Below are positions 14,016 to 23,972 of a DNA stretch of 26,105 nt, piece after piece. Position numbers and translations under genes: made by a program. The stretch lies in the IMG/VR virus record IMGVR_UViG_3300042371_000459, positions 1-26,105 of that record. One strand, given 5' to 3'. Every line of letters begins with the position of its first letter. The first letter of the stretch is position 1. The notes beneath the pieces were generated by a model. The model did not search any database, was not told the origin of the DNA, and was given only the letters and a program-made list of their open reading frames with translations. Source of the stretch: a virus (taxonomy: Duplodnaviria > Caudoviricetes).

Positions 14016-16813
14016 ACCGTTTAGAGTTCCTTAAGCAAATTCTACCTTTTGAAGGCGTGTATTGTGTAGTCGGGATCAAAAAAGGTAAAGCTCAACAGAC
14101 ATTTTTAAATACCCTTGAGGAAGTAGACCAGTGGGCAGAGCAACAACCATTAGATAATAGGGATGCTTACTTTTCACCTGCATCATACAACGATAGATCG
14201 GGTAGATTTGCCAAGAACACTAAAGGATTTAGAAGTCTTTATATTGATTTAGATATCGGTAAAGGAACAGAGTTTCCTACTCAGCATGATGGGTTGGTTG
14301 CACTAAAGAACTTCTCAGGTGCATTACAACTACCTACACCTACGATAGTTAGCTCAGGGTACGGTATACATTGCTATTGGACGTTTACTGAAGCAGTTGA
14401 TTACAACACTTGGAAGCCCTTAGCGGTAGCTCTTGTACAACGCATTATGTCCGAGGGGTTCAAGGTAAAGGACAAAGGACTAACTACTGATGCTGTGCGT
14501 ATATTGCGGCTACCAGATACTACTAACTTTAAAGGCGGTCTGGAAGCAGATGTAACTGTATTAAAGCTAAGCCCTTCCAAACCTATAGAGTTGTTTAAAT
14601 CATTACTAAATACAGGTGAGTTAACCCCTGTCACTATGCTGGAACTATCAGGAGGCAATACAGGTTCTGGTTTAAATGACACAACTAGAGCACTGCTAGG
14701 GAATACAATTTATAAGTTCTCTCGGATTATGAAGAAGAGCTTAGCAGGTAAGGGATGTGCTCATCTAGCACATATATACAATTTCCCTAATGAAGAAGAC
14801 AACGAACCTTTATGGAGGGCAGGACTATCAATAGCCCAATACTGCTCTGACAAAGAAACAGCCATACATAACATATCCAACCAGTACGATACCTACGACC
14901 CAGCAGAGACAGAGTATGAGGCATCTAGGATTAGTGGTCCGTTCTTATGCGACACCTTTAACACCACCGGACCTGCAGGGCTGTGTGAGACATGTGTACA
15001 CAGGGGTAAGATAAAAACTCCTTTGATGCTAGGCAAGGACATACTGGAAGCCACACCTACTGAGAACATTATCACGGCAGTTAGTCCTGATCTAGGTGAG
15101 GTAGATATAGAGATACCTGAGTATCCGTTCCCTTATTTCAGAGGCCCTAAAGGCGGTGTGTATATCAAGAAGCCGCTTGATGATGCTGATGAAGGAGAAG
15201 AGGATAAGAACCTTGTATATGAAAACGACTTCTATGTAGTGGGTAGACGTACAGACCCAGATGTAGGTGAAGTTATCCACATGCGACTTATCAGACCTCA
15301 TGATGGAATTAGTGATTTTGTGGCACCTCTCGCTACGGTAACAGCAGGGGATAAATGTAGGGATATGTTATCAAAACGTGGTGTCGCCGCTAGTACATAC
15401 CAGATGAAAGGGTTAATGGGCTACTTGGTGACATGGACTAAACATTTACAAAATACATCGGCGGCGGAACTAGTGAGACAACAATTTGGATGGAATGACG
15501 GGGGTAAGTCTTTTGTTATCGGTACAAGAGAACTTACAAAAAATGCAGCTCCTAAGTATAGCCCTCCTTCAGAGGCTACGGAGAACATAACACACATCTA
15601 CTCTAAACAAGGCACAGTAGATGAATGGAAAAAGGTAGCAGACTGCTATGCATTAGAGGGTAATGAGATAAGAGCCTTTGCTTTGTTCTTAAGTTTAGGT
15701 GCACCTATGTTTAAGTTCTTTGCTTTAGGTGGTGCTATTGTGCATCTTACCAATGCCTCTTCTGGGGTAGGTAAGTCAACTATACAGAAAGTAGCTAACA
15801 GCGTTTGGGGCCATCCTGATCTAGCTATGCTGGTTAAAGATGATACTGTGCAGTCTAAGTACCACCGTATGGGCGTAGTTCAAAACATGATTTTATGCAT
15901 GGATGAGCTTACTAATCTACACCCTACAGAGGTTAGCAATCTGGCATTTGGTGTTACTAATGGGCGAGGTAAGAATAGGCTACAAGCTGCGGCTAACTCA
16001 GAACGAGTGAACAACACTACATGGTCTTTACCTTGCATCACCTCTGGTAACAACAGTCTGCATGAGGTCTTGCAGATGGAGAAAGCTGATCCTGAAGGAG
16101 AACTCTTACGAGTGCTTGAAGTAGAGGTTGTACGTAGTGATACTATGACTAAGCAACAGACAGACCAGATATTCTCTAGGGACTTAATGGAGAACTACGG
16201 ACATGCTGGCGAGGTTATGATGCAGTATGTACTAGATAACTACGATGACTGTGTTGAAGACTTAAAGATGATACAAGTAGACTTCGATACAACTGCAGGT
16301 CTTGAACAACCTGATAGATACTACTCAGCTCTATGTGCAACAGCTCTGTGGGGTGGTAAAGTAGCTAATGACCTAGGCTTGATAGAGGTTCCAGTTAAGC
16401 CTGTATTTGATCGTATGGTTAAGCAGTTGAGCAGGAAGGTAAGAGCTAGTAATGAGTCTTCTTTGGATAGGTCAAGTGCCTTTCTAGGCACGTTCATGTT
16501 AGAGCATATACAGAATCAGCTTATCATAAACCAGAAGGCACCTAATATAGAGGGTATGCTGACTGTACCTATAGAGACACCACGTGGTCCACTAGCTATT
16601 AGGAGGGAGCCAGATGTGAAACGAGCGTATATCATATCTTCTGTGTTGAAGTCTTGGTGTGCTAAAAAGCAGATATCCTATAGCTGTATGACGGACGACT
16701 TATCTAAGCTAGGTGTACTACTTGATGTATCTAGAATACGTATGTCTGCAGGTACTCCACAAGACAGCCCTGCAGTATTAGCATTAGTATTAGACGCAAC
16801 TAAAATCCACTAA
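14012..16813 (+). CDS. primase-helicase (RepB/AEP-like primase, DUF927-like domain, P-loop helicase)
   Basis: YIDLD and SSGYGIHCYW primase motifs, RILRLP, Cys cluster, GW, Walker A SSGVGKST and Walker B CMDE. GTG start at 14012 is preceded by GGAG and overlaps the HNH stop. Confidence 0.88.
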   Translation: MNRLEFLKQILPFEGVYCVVGIKKGKAQQTFLNTLEEVDQWAEQQPLDNRDAYFSPASYNDRSGRFAKNTKGFRSLYIDLDIGKGTEFPTQHDGLVALKNFSGALQLPTPTIVSSGYGIHCYWTFTEAVDYNTWKPLAVALVQRIMSEGFKVKDKGLTTDAVRILRLPDTTNFKGGLEADVTVLKLSPSKPIELFKSLLNTGELTPVTMLELSGGNTGSGLNDTTRALLGNTIYKFSRIMKKSLAGKGCAHLAHIYNFPNEEDNEPLWRAGLSIAQYCSDKETAIHNISNQYDTYDPAETEYEASRISGPFLCDTFNTTGPAGLCETCVHRGKIKTPLMLGKDILEATPTENIITAVSPDLGEVDIEIPEYPFPYFRGPKGGVYIKKPLDDADEGEEDKNLVYENDFYVVGRRTDPDVGEVIHMRLIRPHDGISDFVAPLATVTAGDKCRDMLSKRGVAASTYQMKGLMGYLVTWTKHLQNTSAAELVRQQFGWNDGGKSFVIGTRELTKNAAPKYSPPSEATENITHIYSKQGTVDEWKKVADCYALEGNEIRAFALFLSLGAPMFKFFALGGAIVHLTNASSGVGKSTIQKVANSVWGHPDLAMLVKDDTVQSKYHRMGVVQNMILCMDELTNLHPTEVSNLAFGVTNGRGKNRLQAAANSERVNNTTWSLPCITSGNNSLHEVLQMEKADPEGELLRVLEVEVVRSDTMTKQQTDQIFSRDLMENYGHAGEVMMQYVLDNYDDCVEDLKMIQVDFDTTAGLEQPDRYYSALCATALWGGKVANDLGLIEVPVKPVFDRMVKQLSRKVRASNESSLDRSSAFLGTFMLEHIQNQLIINQKAPNIEGMLTVPIETPRGPLAIRREPDVKRAYIISSVLKSWCAKKQISYSCMTDDLSKLGVLLDVSRIRMSAGTPQDSPAVLALVLDATKIH

Positions 16814-16842
16814 AAGAGAGGGGGCTTTACGCCCCCTTTTCT
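16814..16842. terminator. bidirectional terminator between convergent gene blocks
   Basis: AAAAGAGA-GGGGGC-tttac-GCCCCC-TTTTCT lies between the stops at 16813 (+) and 16841 (-). Confidence 0.85.
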
Positions 16843-19800
16843 ACCTGCTTACGCCTTTTTCATCAGCTCGTTTTATTGCCCGATTTGCCAGCTTATTAAT
16901 CTTTTCTTGAAGTACCCGTATACGTGTAGCTTTTTCATCAGGTGACATTTCAGTATCAGGCGTATTCTTTATACGAGCTATACGCCCTTGCATAGTTCCG
17001 ATCTGTTCCCCTGTTGCTCCTAGTAGAGGAGCCATCTTACGTAGTTTCTCATTCTCAGGTTCGTTCCTTAAAGCCTTAGCTTCCTCTTTATCCCCAACTT
17101 GCTTATAAGCTCTAATACCATTAACAATTTGTTCTGCTGACTTAGCTAAGGCGTAGTAATCACTAAGAGCTTTGTCTTTAGCTGGAGCAGTTACTACCCC
17201 TTTCCATAAGAACTTTTCTCCTAACTCTTTCGTGGGAGCAGATACCCCCGTAACACTAGAGATATAGGCATCCGCCAACAAAGCAGATAGTGCCCACGCC
17301 TCTGTAAACCAACCTTTACCTAAATGCTCTATATCATTAGGGGACATATTTAAAAAGCTTGGTAACCCCCCTGCTATTTTCTCAGCTAAAGGAGTTGCGT
17401 GTGCTGTACGTTGGTTTAAAGGCAGTCTACTTTCTGTAAAACTATTAATAGGGTTGCCTGTATAAAGGTCATGGTTCATTAATACTTCCCCTACAGGCTT
17501 AACTGTTTGAGGGAGTATTGGAGGTACCGATAGAGCCTTAAACGCCTCCCACAACGCTTTCCTACCCCCTTTAGGTGTAAGCGATCCCCTACTTACACGC
17601 ACCAGTATTTCAGGGATAACTTTAAATAAAAACCCCGCTTCAAAATGGATAGGTATTTTTATAAAAGGGTTATCTTTATTTCCTGTAGGTATTAGCCAAC
17701 TAGTTATCCAGTCGGTGGATTTCCTATACTCCTCATCATCGTCCATCTGTAGAGCGTACAATATAGAAGCTGTTGTTACCATAGCCGCATTAGCATAGAA
17801 GTGCTTTCTAACAGTAGCCGCATCTTTTACGTTTAAATTACCGTAACCCCCCGGAATTGCGGCTCTAGCAAGGGTGTCCATACCATTTAACGTAGAAGCA
17901 AAGAAAGGGACAGAGTCTCGCATAGCCGCATGATTCCTAGACTTTCCTTTTTTAGAGAAGTTTATTAATTCCTTAGCTTGCATCGCAGCAAAATTCTTAC
18001 GTTGTTGAGGGTCTACTATCCCACGTTTAGCTGCCAGCTTAAGAGCCTTTTCATAAACAGCAACCCTAGTACCTGCATCGGACGCTTCATGTACGTGTAC
18101 AATAAAGTCCCTAAGCCAACCTGATACCCCACGTTTAGTTGCTATGCTTTTTACAAGTTGTGTTGTATCTGTTAAGGTATCTACGGCACCCGTAATACCC
18201 CTTCTCTGTAGCTCGTTATACCCCTCAGAACGGCGGGCTACAATTTTACCCATGTGATATAAAGCGTGTAGGGGTGTAATAAGGCCCGACTGCGTTACTA
18301 AGTTTGCCATCAAAGGGTCCCGTATAAGCTGACGGTACCAGTATACGGGGGTGGTCAAGGTAACTTTCCTAAAAACATTTGCGTGTGCTTTAGCTACTTT
18401 TCTCATCCACCCCGGCTGAAGGGGTATCATAGTTTGGAATGCTTCAAACGCTAGAGTGTCCCCTATGTGGTAGTAAACATCCTCCCCATTCACCTTAAAC
18501 TTAGTTGCCTGTGGGTCACTTCGGTCCTTCGTTTCATAAAAAAGAGTATCCGCAACTGCGTTTAACTGCATAGCCGCAGTCTGCCTTGCAATGTTTTGAG
18601 CCGCCGCCCCTGCCATAAGCGCAGAGTGCTTTACTAAGTTTTCTGCGACATTAACCGTTTGCTTACTCCCTTCACGTGATTTAACTTCCCAAGAATGTTT
18701 AGCCCCTAGTGAGAGCACCTCTACGTATTTAGAAGGGTCGTCAGATAAATCTTCTATACTTTTATATAGGGGGATATAAGCAGGGTTTGATCGCCAATCA
18801 TTGGCTGTAGTACTATTAATAATCCCTGCTTTTTCAAATAGGTCTACATCTTTACGGAGCCTCTCAAATATATTATTCATGATGTCCCCTAGTCTAGGGT
18901 CTTCAATCAGTAACGCTTCAGTCAAGGCAATATCTTCTGGCGTAACACGTTGTTCAGTACCCACACCTACTTCTAGTGTTTTAGTTAACCTATCAACATC
19001 ATTTCTAAGCTTCTCCACTTGGTCTAGTAAGGAGTCACGTTTAGTCTTGTCTGTAGTAGTAGCCACAAGTGCTTCTTTCTTCTCTGCTTTTGCTATCTTA
19101 GCATCTATGTCAGCTTGTACGTCAACTGCAGATTTCTTACCATGCTTAGCGTATAGCTTATTAGAGGCTTCTTTTAACTGAGTGGCTCTAGTAGTAAGGG
19201 CTACTTTTTCTTTAGTAATGATGGATATAACACTCTTAAAGTCTTTTATTTGAACTGCATCTTTAGCAGTAACCGCAGCGGCAAGTGCCCTTCTTGCGTC
19301 TACTAACGCACCTGTTAGGTGATCTATATCCCCTTGTAGGACCTTTTCAAAATCTTTATATAACTTAGCATCAGCCCGGCGCTCTACATCTATACGGAGT
19401 ATCTCTTTCCCAGCCACTACACGCAGAGCTGTGAAGAATGTTTTGCGGTTGTCCTTATACCCTAGTCCGTCAATAAGTTTAATATTATTATGCAAGTCTA
19501 GTCTAGGGTCGTCTACAGACATAAGAGTTCCGTCACCAGTTGTGTCTATATACCCCCTGCTATTACGCAACATATTGCTAAGGTTTCCTATTGACTGAAG
19601 TACGAAGTCTCCTCGCATCTTTCCTTTTGGGTCAAACATATCTAGCGGTTTCAATAAACGGCTTATCGCAGCTGAGTCATCTATCCACCCAGCCCGCAAC
19701 TTAACTATATTGTCCCCTGTCATAAAACCAGAAACAGCCTCTCGGATAACCCCACTTATACTTTTATCTGAAGTCTTAACAAGGCCCAAACCAACTAATG

Positions 19801-22800
19801 CTTTACCAATATCCTGTGCATCTTTAGTTGGTTTGATTGAATAAGACGTACCTTCTTTACGAGCGGTTCGTACTGCAGTTTTAGACTCTCTGCGTAAGGC
19901 TTTAACAGCTAGGTGCCTAGCATCAGCTTCAGTTAGTTGTAGCTTCATACCCAAATGCATACGGGCAAAGTTCCTAACTGCAGATACAATCTTTTTAACG
20001 ACAGGTAAGTTTGGAGCGTTCTCTACTAGATAAGCAAGTGCCTCATGGTGGCGCAAGTGTGTAGGTGTATCTTTAGGAATAGAAGCACGAGCCTTATCAA
20101 AAACTTCCCCTACATTGTTCAGGGCTTGGTTTGCAATATCTTTGTATACTTTAGACCCAACTAAGTTCTCCATACCTACATGGGTTCCCACCTCATGCAA
20201 TGCTACGTTCTCTAGAGTCTCAGGCGTTAGCTTGTTAGCTACATAGTGAGTTACACCTTCAGCAGTAGTTAGCCCTTGCACGTTCGCAGGGTGTTTGCCT
20301 TCAGGTAGAGTCTCAGCAGTATCATGCATAACAGCCTTACCAGATGCCACTAGGCGTTTCATCTCAGGTGATAAGGTCTTAGACAACGAAGCGGCGGTGT
20401 GTTCGGTAAGTTCAGAAGTAGGTGCTACTGATTGGTAATCATGCCCGCTATAGTCAAAATCACCAAAATCCATTTGTTCAGCTATATCGCTATCGTCCTC
20501 AAAATCATACATAGAGTCATCTGATAACGTCTTAGTTGTATCTTCTACATCTTCCTCTACATCTTCATCTACAACTTTCTTAGTTTTTTTAGCTTTCTTA
20601 CCCTGCACTTCTAATAACTTTTTAGCTTCAGCTTCTTTGTTTTTCCTTAATACTTCAGCTGCGTCATCAGCTACGATCTTAGCATCTGCAGCTTCCTTAG
20701 CGGCTTTTTTATCAGCAAACCCTTGCACTATCAGTTGGTTCTTCTCATACTCACCAACTTCACCCTCATCAACAACACCATTTTTAGTCTTTGATTGACC
20801 GCGTTCTTTATTATATTCATCTATATAATCTGGATGGTACTTTCTCCACAAACCAGTTGACGCAGCGTTAAATAATTTGGACGTACTATTACCAAATCCT
20901 AGTTTATCAATAACATGAAGAGCCCCTTCCTCAGAAGGTTTTGTTAACGAGTCATATAATATTTTATTTAGTTCTTTAGAACCGTATTTGCTATTTAATA
21001 AGTCTGATAAATTGTTTTCAACTATATTAAAATGAGCTAGTGGGACTGGAACCCCTGATTTATTGCGCCCAGTAAAGGTTATACTGCCTTTAACATAATC
21101 TACCGATACTTTTCCTTTATTTGCAGTTTCAAGATATAATACCTCCCCTCTATCTTGTGCATTTATGGCTTTTATATTATAGGTCTGTGCAGGATTATTT
21201 GAAGTTATATAAAGACCCCGACCTGCGGTATCTATAGAGGCTTCTCCTTTATCTGTTGTATGTTCGTAATGCTCAGCATACATCTCATCTCTAGGTATAT
21301 ATGAAACCCCTTCTACACCAACTTCACCCTCATCCTTCTTACCTGCTTTATCTATTACACTATCAATCCCTTGCTGGTTTATCTGTAGCCCTACACCTAT
21401 TTTTTGTGCCGTAGGTGTTATAGCCTGTTCTATCTGTTTAGCTACTCCTGAATGAGGCATATCTGGGTCTATATCTAAGCCCAGTCTTGTAGCAATATTA
21501 TATAAAGCATCTATGTTAGTTTGAGAAGGTTCCCTAGTTTTTGACTTTCTTATACTTGCATCATACTTATCTAACACAGTTTGTGACGCACTTATTAATG
21601 CAGGGGCTACTTCTTCTTTAGCGCCTGTTTCAATAGCTTCGATCCCTTGTCCTTCTGATTCCATTCCTTTGCCAACTTGGGTGATATCTTCAGCTGCTTG
21701 GCTTTCTTGGGATTGTGTGCTGCCATCGCCATTAATCGGGCTTGTGCTGGGGATTTGCTGGGCATCAGTTGTCTCTCCTAGTGTAGGTGTAGTTTGTCCT
21801 TGTTGTATTGCTTCCATGTAGTTCGGTAGTATTTTTGATTGCTCCTCTGTTATAGTACCTGCTCTTTTAAGTTCTGCAATAACAGGGGCTGTTATCTTTC
21901 TAATAGCTTCATGGTCAGCAGGGTTGTTAATATCCAAACCTTTAGATGCAATATTTTTATATACTCCACTTTTTTTATGCAGTCCTAGCATATCTGTAAC
22001 CCAAGTAGGCTCAGTCTTTACAGGCTTTACAGGCTTTTCTTTTTTCCCTCTTAGTATAGGTTCTTTCACAGCTACTACTGGTGCTCCTGCTACAACTTCT
22101 TCCACCCCTGCTACTACTGGTGGGCCACCTGCCGCTGCTTCAGCTACACGTGCTCTTTCTTCAGGAGTGATAATTAAAGGATTTACTGGAGGTGCAGGTA
22201 CTTCGCCTTGAGGGGGTACAGGTATCTCACCTGCTGGAGGGTTTACGGGTGGTGGAGGTGGAGGAGGTGCTTGTTCTGTAGTACCTGCTATTTGACTAGC
22301 AGTGTTTGCACCACCACCCATGATAGCGCCCATAAGAGCGCCCTTCACACTTTCATCCTCAACACCGTCTAGTAAACCTTTGGGGTTGTCTGTAGCATAG
22401 TTCTGAGCCATTTGTTCTATGGCTGATTGAGGCGCTTCTTGGAATACACCTTCGCCTATCATAGATACTAGGGTAGACCTAAAGAACCCCGGAGTATTAG
22501 CAACATCCCCAAACTCTTGCAGTGCCATCTTCCTAGCGTTGCCTGAGAGAAGTATGTTGGGGTCAATACCCCCTAATGCCGTAGTAAGCTTAGCACCTGC
22601 AGCTCCAACTACACCCGTCCCAACTCCTGTAAGTAACGCCGCTTGGGTGTTTGCTCCTGTTGCTTCGCCTTCTGGGTTGGTAACTCTTAAGTTTTCTTTC
22701 TGAGCACCTGCACCTACACCTGCTTCACCTATACCTGCAGCAAAATAAGGAGCAACTGCTGGTACTTTAGTTAAAACTTTACCTAACCCCATTAACCCTG

Positions 22801-23929
22801 CTTTAGCTATACCTGCACCACCTACCATTTGACCTGCAGACTCACCTATAGCTGAAACTACTGCTGAGGGGTTATCTTTAGCGGCTTGTAGGACAGCTCT
22901 CCATCCATGAGCTGCAGCTAAGTTCTTAATGGCTTCTTGTTGTTGAGGAGAGTATTGCGTACTTAAGTACTCTTGCACTTTGTTGAGGTCAAGCCCTGCA
23001 TCTTCAACGGCCCCCCCTAAATCTCCCGGTGTAAGAAGATCAGCTAAGCCTATAAAAGATTGACCTAGACCTACACCGCCTTTCATAGCGCCTACACCAA
23101 TATCTTCCAATACCTTAGTACCACGACCTTCTGTTTCTTTTTTGGGTAGGGAGAAATCTATAGTAGGGTCTGCTTCTGAGGCTCGTTTAACAGCTTCTTC
23201 GTCTGACATATTATCAGGAACCCGTAATGTGCCCCCATTAGCTAAAGGTACTTCTCTTAGACCAACTGCATCTATACCGTGTGCTCTAGCATCTGCAATA
23301 GCTTGCTCTCTAGGCATACCAACAGGAGCATGTAAAGAACCCCCATTAGCTAAAGGAATTTCATACATCTCCCCTTTAGGGCCTTCTTGTTCAGGAGGAG
23401 GCGCCCCACCTAGTACATTAGATACGTATAATTGTGTTTCTCTAGGAGTAGCTGATAGCCAGTTGTCCCCTGCTTTTCGTATAGCTTTATTAAGATTGCC
23501 TTCACCGTAGTTATAAGCAGCAACAGCCTTAGCCATATCACCGTTATAATACTTAACCAAACCTGCCATCTTCTTACCAGCAGCATCAATAGATGCATAC
23601 GGATCAAGTGCATCAACCCCATACTCTTTAGCAGTAGGAGGCATTAACTGCATCAAACCAGTAGCACCTGCAGGACTTACGGCATTAGGGTTGTACCTAC
23701 TTTCATTGTAGCCTATAGTAGATAGTAAGCCTTCTGGTAATCCGTATTGACCCTCAGCTTTTAGAAACGCTTCTCCGTATGAGGAGGCGGGACCTTGTTG
23801 GGGTTGAGGCATATACTGAGATATGTCCTCTTCAGGAAGTGCTTGTGTAGGAGTAGCAGGTTGTATTCCAAAAAGGTCTGCGGAAACAGCAGGGTTATAA
23901 GCAAAAGGATTTGATTCTGTATTAGCCAT
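16841..23929 (-). CDS. giant polyvalent-type internal virion/ejection protein: N-terminal lytic transglycosylase (SLT), HExxH-like peptidase region, LPD38-like C-terminus
   Basis: 2362 aa. SLT motifs ESRYNPNAVS-GATGLMQLMP-AAYNYG; Gly/Ala-rich segment; ALHEVGTH…HEALAY; C-terminal PFF…W-x-I-P…IKIPIHFEAG. Confidence 0.85.
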   Translation of the reverse strand: MANTESNPFAYNPAVSADLFGIQPATPTQALPEEDISQYMPQPQQGPASSYGEAFLKAEGQYGLPEGLLSTIGYNESRYNPNAVSPAGATGLMQLMPPTAKEYGVDALDPYASIDAAGKKMAGLVKYYNGDMAKAVAAYNYGEGNLNKAIRKAGDNWLSATPRETQLYVSNVLGGAPPPEQEGPKGEMYEIPLANGGSLHAPVGMPREQAIADARAHGIDAVGLREVPLANGGTLRVPDNMSDEEAVKRASEADPTIDFSLPKKETEGRGTKVLEDIGVGAMKGGVGLGQSFIGLADLLTPGDLGGAVEDAGLDLNKVQEYLSTQYSPQQQEAIKNLAAAHGWRAVLQAAKDNPSAVVSAIGESAGQMVGGAGIAKAGLMGLGKVLTKVPAVAPYFAAGIGEAGVGAGAQKENLRVTNPEGEATGANTQAALLTGVGTGVVGAAGAKLTTALGGIDPNILLSGNARKMALQEFGDVANTPGFFRSTLVSMIGEGVFQEAPQSAIEQMAQNYATDNPKGLLDGVEDESVKGALMGAIMGGGANTASQIAGTTEQAPPPPPPPVNPPAGEIPVPPQGEVPAPPVNPLIITPEERARVAEAAAGGPPVVAGVEEVVAGAPVVAVKEPILRGKKEKPVKPVKTEPTWVTDMLGLHKKSGVYKNIASKGLDINNPADHEAIRKITAPVIAELKRAGTITEEQSKILPNYMEAIQQGQTTPTLGETTDAQQIPSTSPINGDGSTQSQESQAAEDITQVGKGMESEGQGIEAIETGAKEEVAPALISASQTVLDKYDASIRKSKTREPSQTNIDALYNIATRLGLDIDPDMPHSGVAKQIEQAITPTAQKIGVGLQINQQGIDSVIDKAGKKDEGEVGVEGVSYIPRDEMYAEHYEHTTDKGEASIDTAGRGLYITSNNPAQTYNIKAINAQDRGEVLYLETANKGKVSVDYVKGSITFTGRNKSGVPVPLAHFNIVENNLSDLLNSKYGSKELNKILYDSLTKPSEEGALHVIDKLGFGNSTSKLFNAASTGLWRKYHPDYIDEYNKERGQSKTKNGVVDEGEVGEYEKNQLIVQGFADKKAAKEAADAKIVADDAAEVLRKNKEAEAKKLLEVQGKKAKKTKKVVDEDVEEDVEDTTKTLSDDSMYDFEDDSDIAEQMDFGDFDYSGHDYQSVAPTSELTEHTAASLSKTLSPEMKRLVASGKAVMHDTAETLPEGKHPANVQGLTTAEGVTHYVANKLTPETLENVALHEVGTHVGMENLVGSKVYKDIANQALNNVGEVFDKARASIPKDTPTHLRHHEALAYLVENAPNLPVVKKIVSAVRNFARMHLGMKLQLTEADARHLAVKALRRESKTAVRTARKEGTSYSIKPTKDAQDIGKALVGLGLVKTSDKSISGVIREAVSGFMTGDNIVKLRAGWIDDSAAISRLLKPLDMFDPKGKMRGDFVLQSIGNLSNMLRNSRGYIDTTGDGTLMSVDDPRLDLHNNIKLIDGLGYKDNRKTFFTALRVVAGKEILRIDVERRADAKLYKDFEKVLQGDIDHLTGALVDARRALAAAVTAKDAVQIKDFKSVISIITKEKVALTTRATQLKEASNKLYAKHGKKSAVDVQADIDAKIAKAEKKEALVATTTDKTKRDSLLDQVEKLRNDVDRLTKTLEVGVGTEQRVTPEDIALTEALLIEDPRLGDIMNNIFERLRKDVDLFEKAGIINSTTANDWRSNPAYIPLYKSIEDLSDDPSKYVEVLSLGAKHSWEVKSREGSKQTVNVAENLVKHSALMAGAAAQNIARQTAAMQLNAVADTLFYETKDRSDPQATKFKVNGEDVYYHIGDTLAFEAFQTMIPLQPGWMRKVAKAHANVFRKVTLTTPVYWYRQLIRDPLMANLVTQSGLITPLHALYHMGKIVARRSEGYNELQRRGITGAVDTLTDTTQLVKSIATKRGVSGWLRDFIVHVHEASDAGTRVAVYEKALKLAAKRGIVDPQQRKNFAAMQAKELINFSKKGKSRNHAAMRDSVPFFASTLNGMDTLARAAIPGGYGNLNVKDAATVRKHFYANAAMVTTASILYALQMDDDEEYRKSTDWITSWLIPTGNKDNPFIKIPIHFEAGFLFKVIPEILVRVSRGSLTPKGGRKALWEAFKALSVPPILPQTVKPVGEVLMNHDLYTGNPINSFTESRLPLNQRTAHATPLAEKIAGGLPSFLNMSPNDIEHLGKGWFTEAWALSALLADAYISSVTGVSAPTKELGEKFLWKGVVTAPAKDKALSDYYALAKSAEQIVNGIRAYKQVGDKEEAKALRNEPENEKLRKMAPLLGATGEQIGTMQGRIARIKNTPDTEMSPDEKATRIRVLQEKINKLANRAIKRADEKGVSR
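20752..21334. repeat. perfect 19-bp direct repeat flanking an in-frame AT-rich segment
   Basis: CACCAACTTCACCCTCATC at 20752-20770 and 21316-21334 (offset 564 nt, 188 codons). Both copies encode DEGEVG. Confidence 0.9.
21607..21765 (-). CDS. nested out-of-frame small basic protein (52 aa) inside the giant gene
   Basis: The minus strand reads TAGGAGAGACAACTG-ATG…TAG and encodes MPSKSPAQARLMAMAAHNPKKAKQLKISPKLAKEWNQKDKGSKLLKQALKKK*. AGGAG is 9 nt upstream of the ATG. Confidence 0.72.
   Translation of the reverse strand: MPSKSPAQARLMAMAAHNPKKAKQLKISPKLAKEWNQKDKGSKLLKQALKKK
23232..23356. repeat. 17-bp direct repeat marking a tandemly duplicated ~36-aa module
   Basis: CCCCCATTAGCTAAAGG at 23232-23248 and 23340-23356. 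Protein copies are EIPLANGGSLHAPVGMPREQA and EVPLANGGTLRVPDNMSDEEA. Confidence 0.85.
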
Positions 23930-23972
23930 GCTGCTTCCAGTTAGTAAATTTATTAGGGGTTATTATATATTA

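Noticed and set aside
412-15301. Minus-strand ORFs in the left block (e.g. 412-840, 4152-4607, 9116-9535, 12972-13430)
   Set aside because: They are antisense shadows of well-supported plus-strand genes and have no recognisable motifs.
5746-16813. Introns, inteins or stop-codon recoding in the replication genes
   Set aside because: The polymerase, helicase and primase are uninterrupted and of ordinary length under the standard code, and TAA, TAG and TGA all serve as stops in the window.
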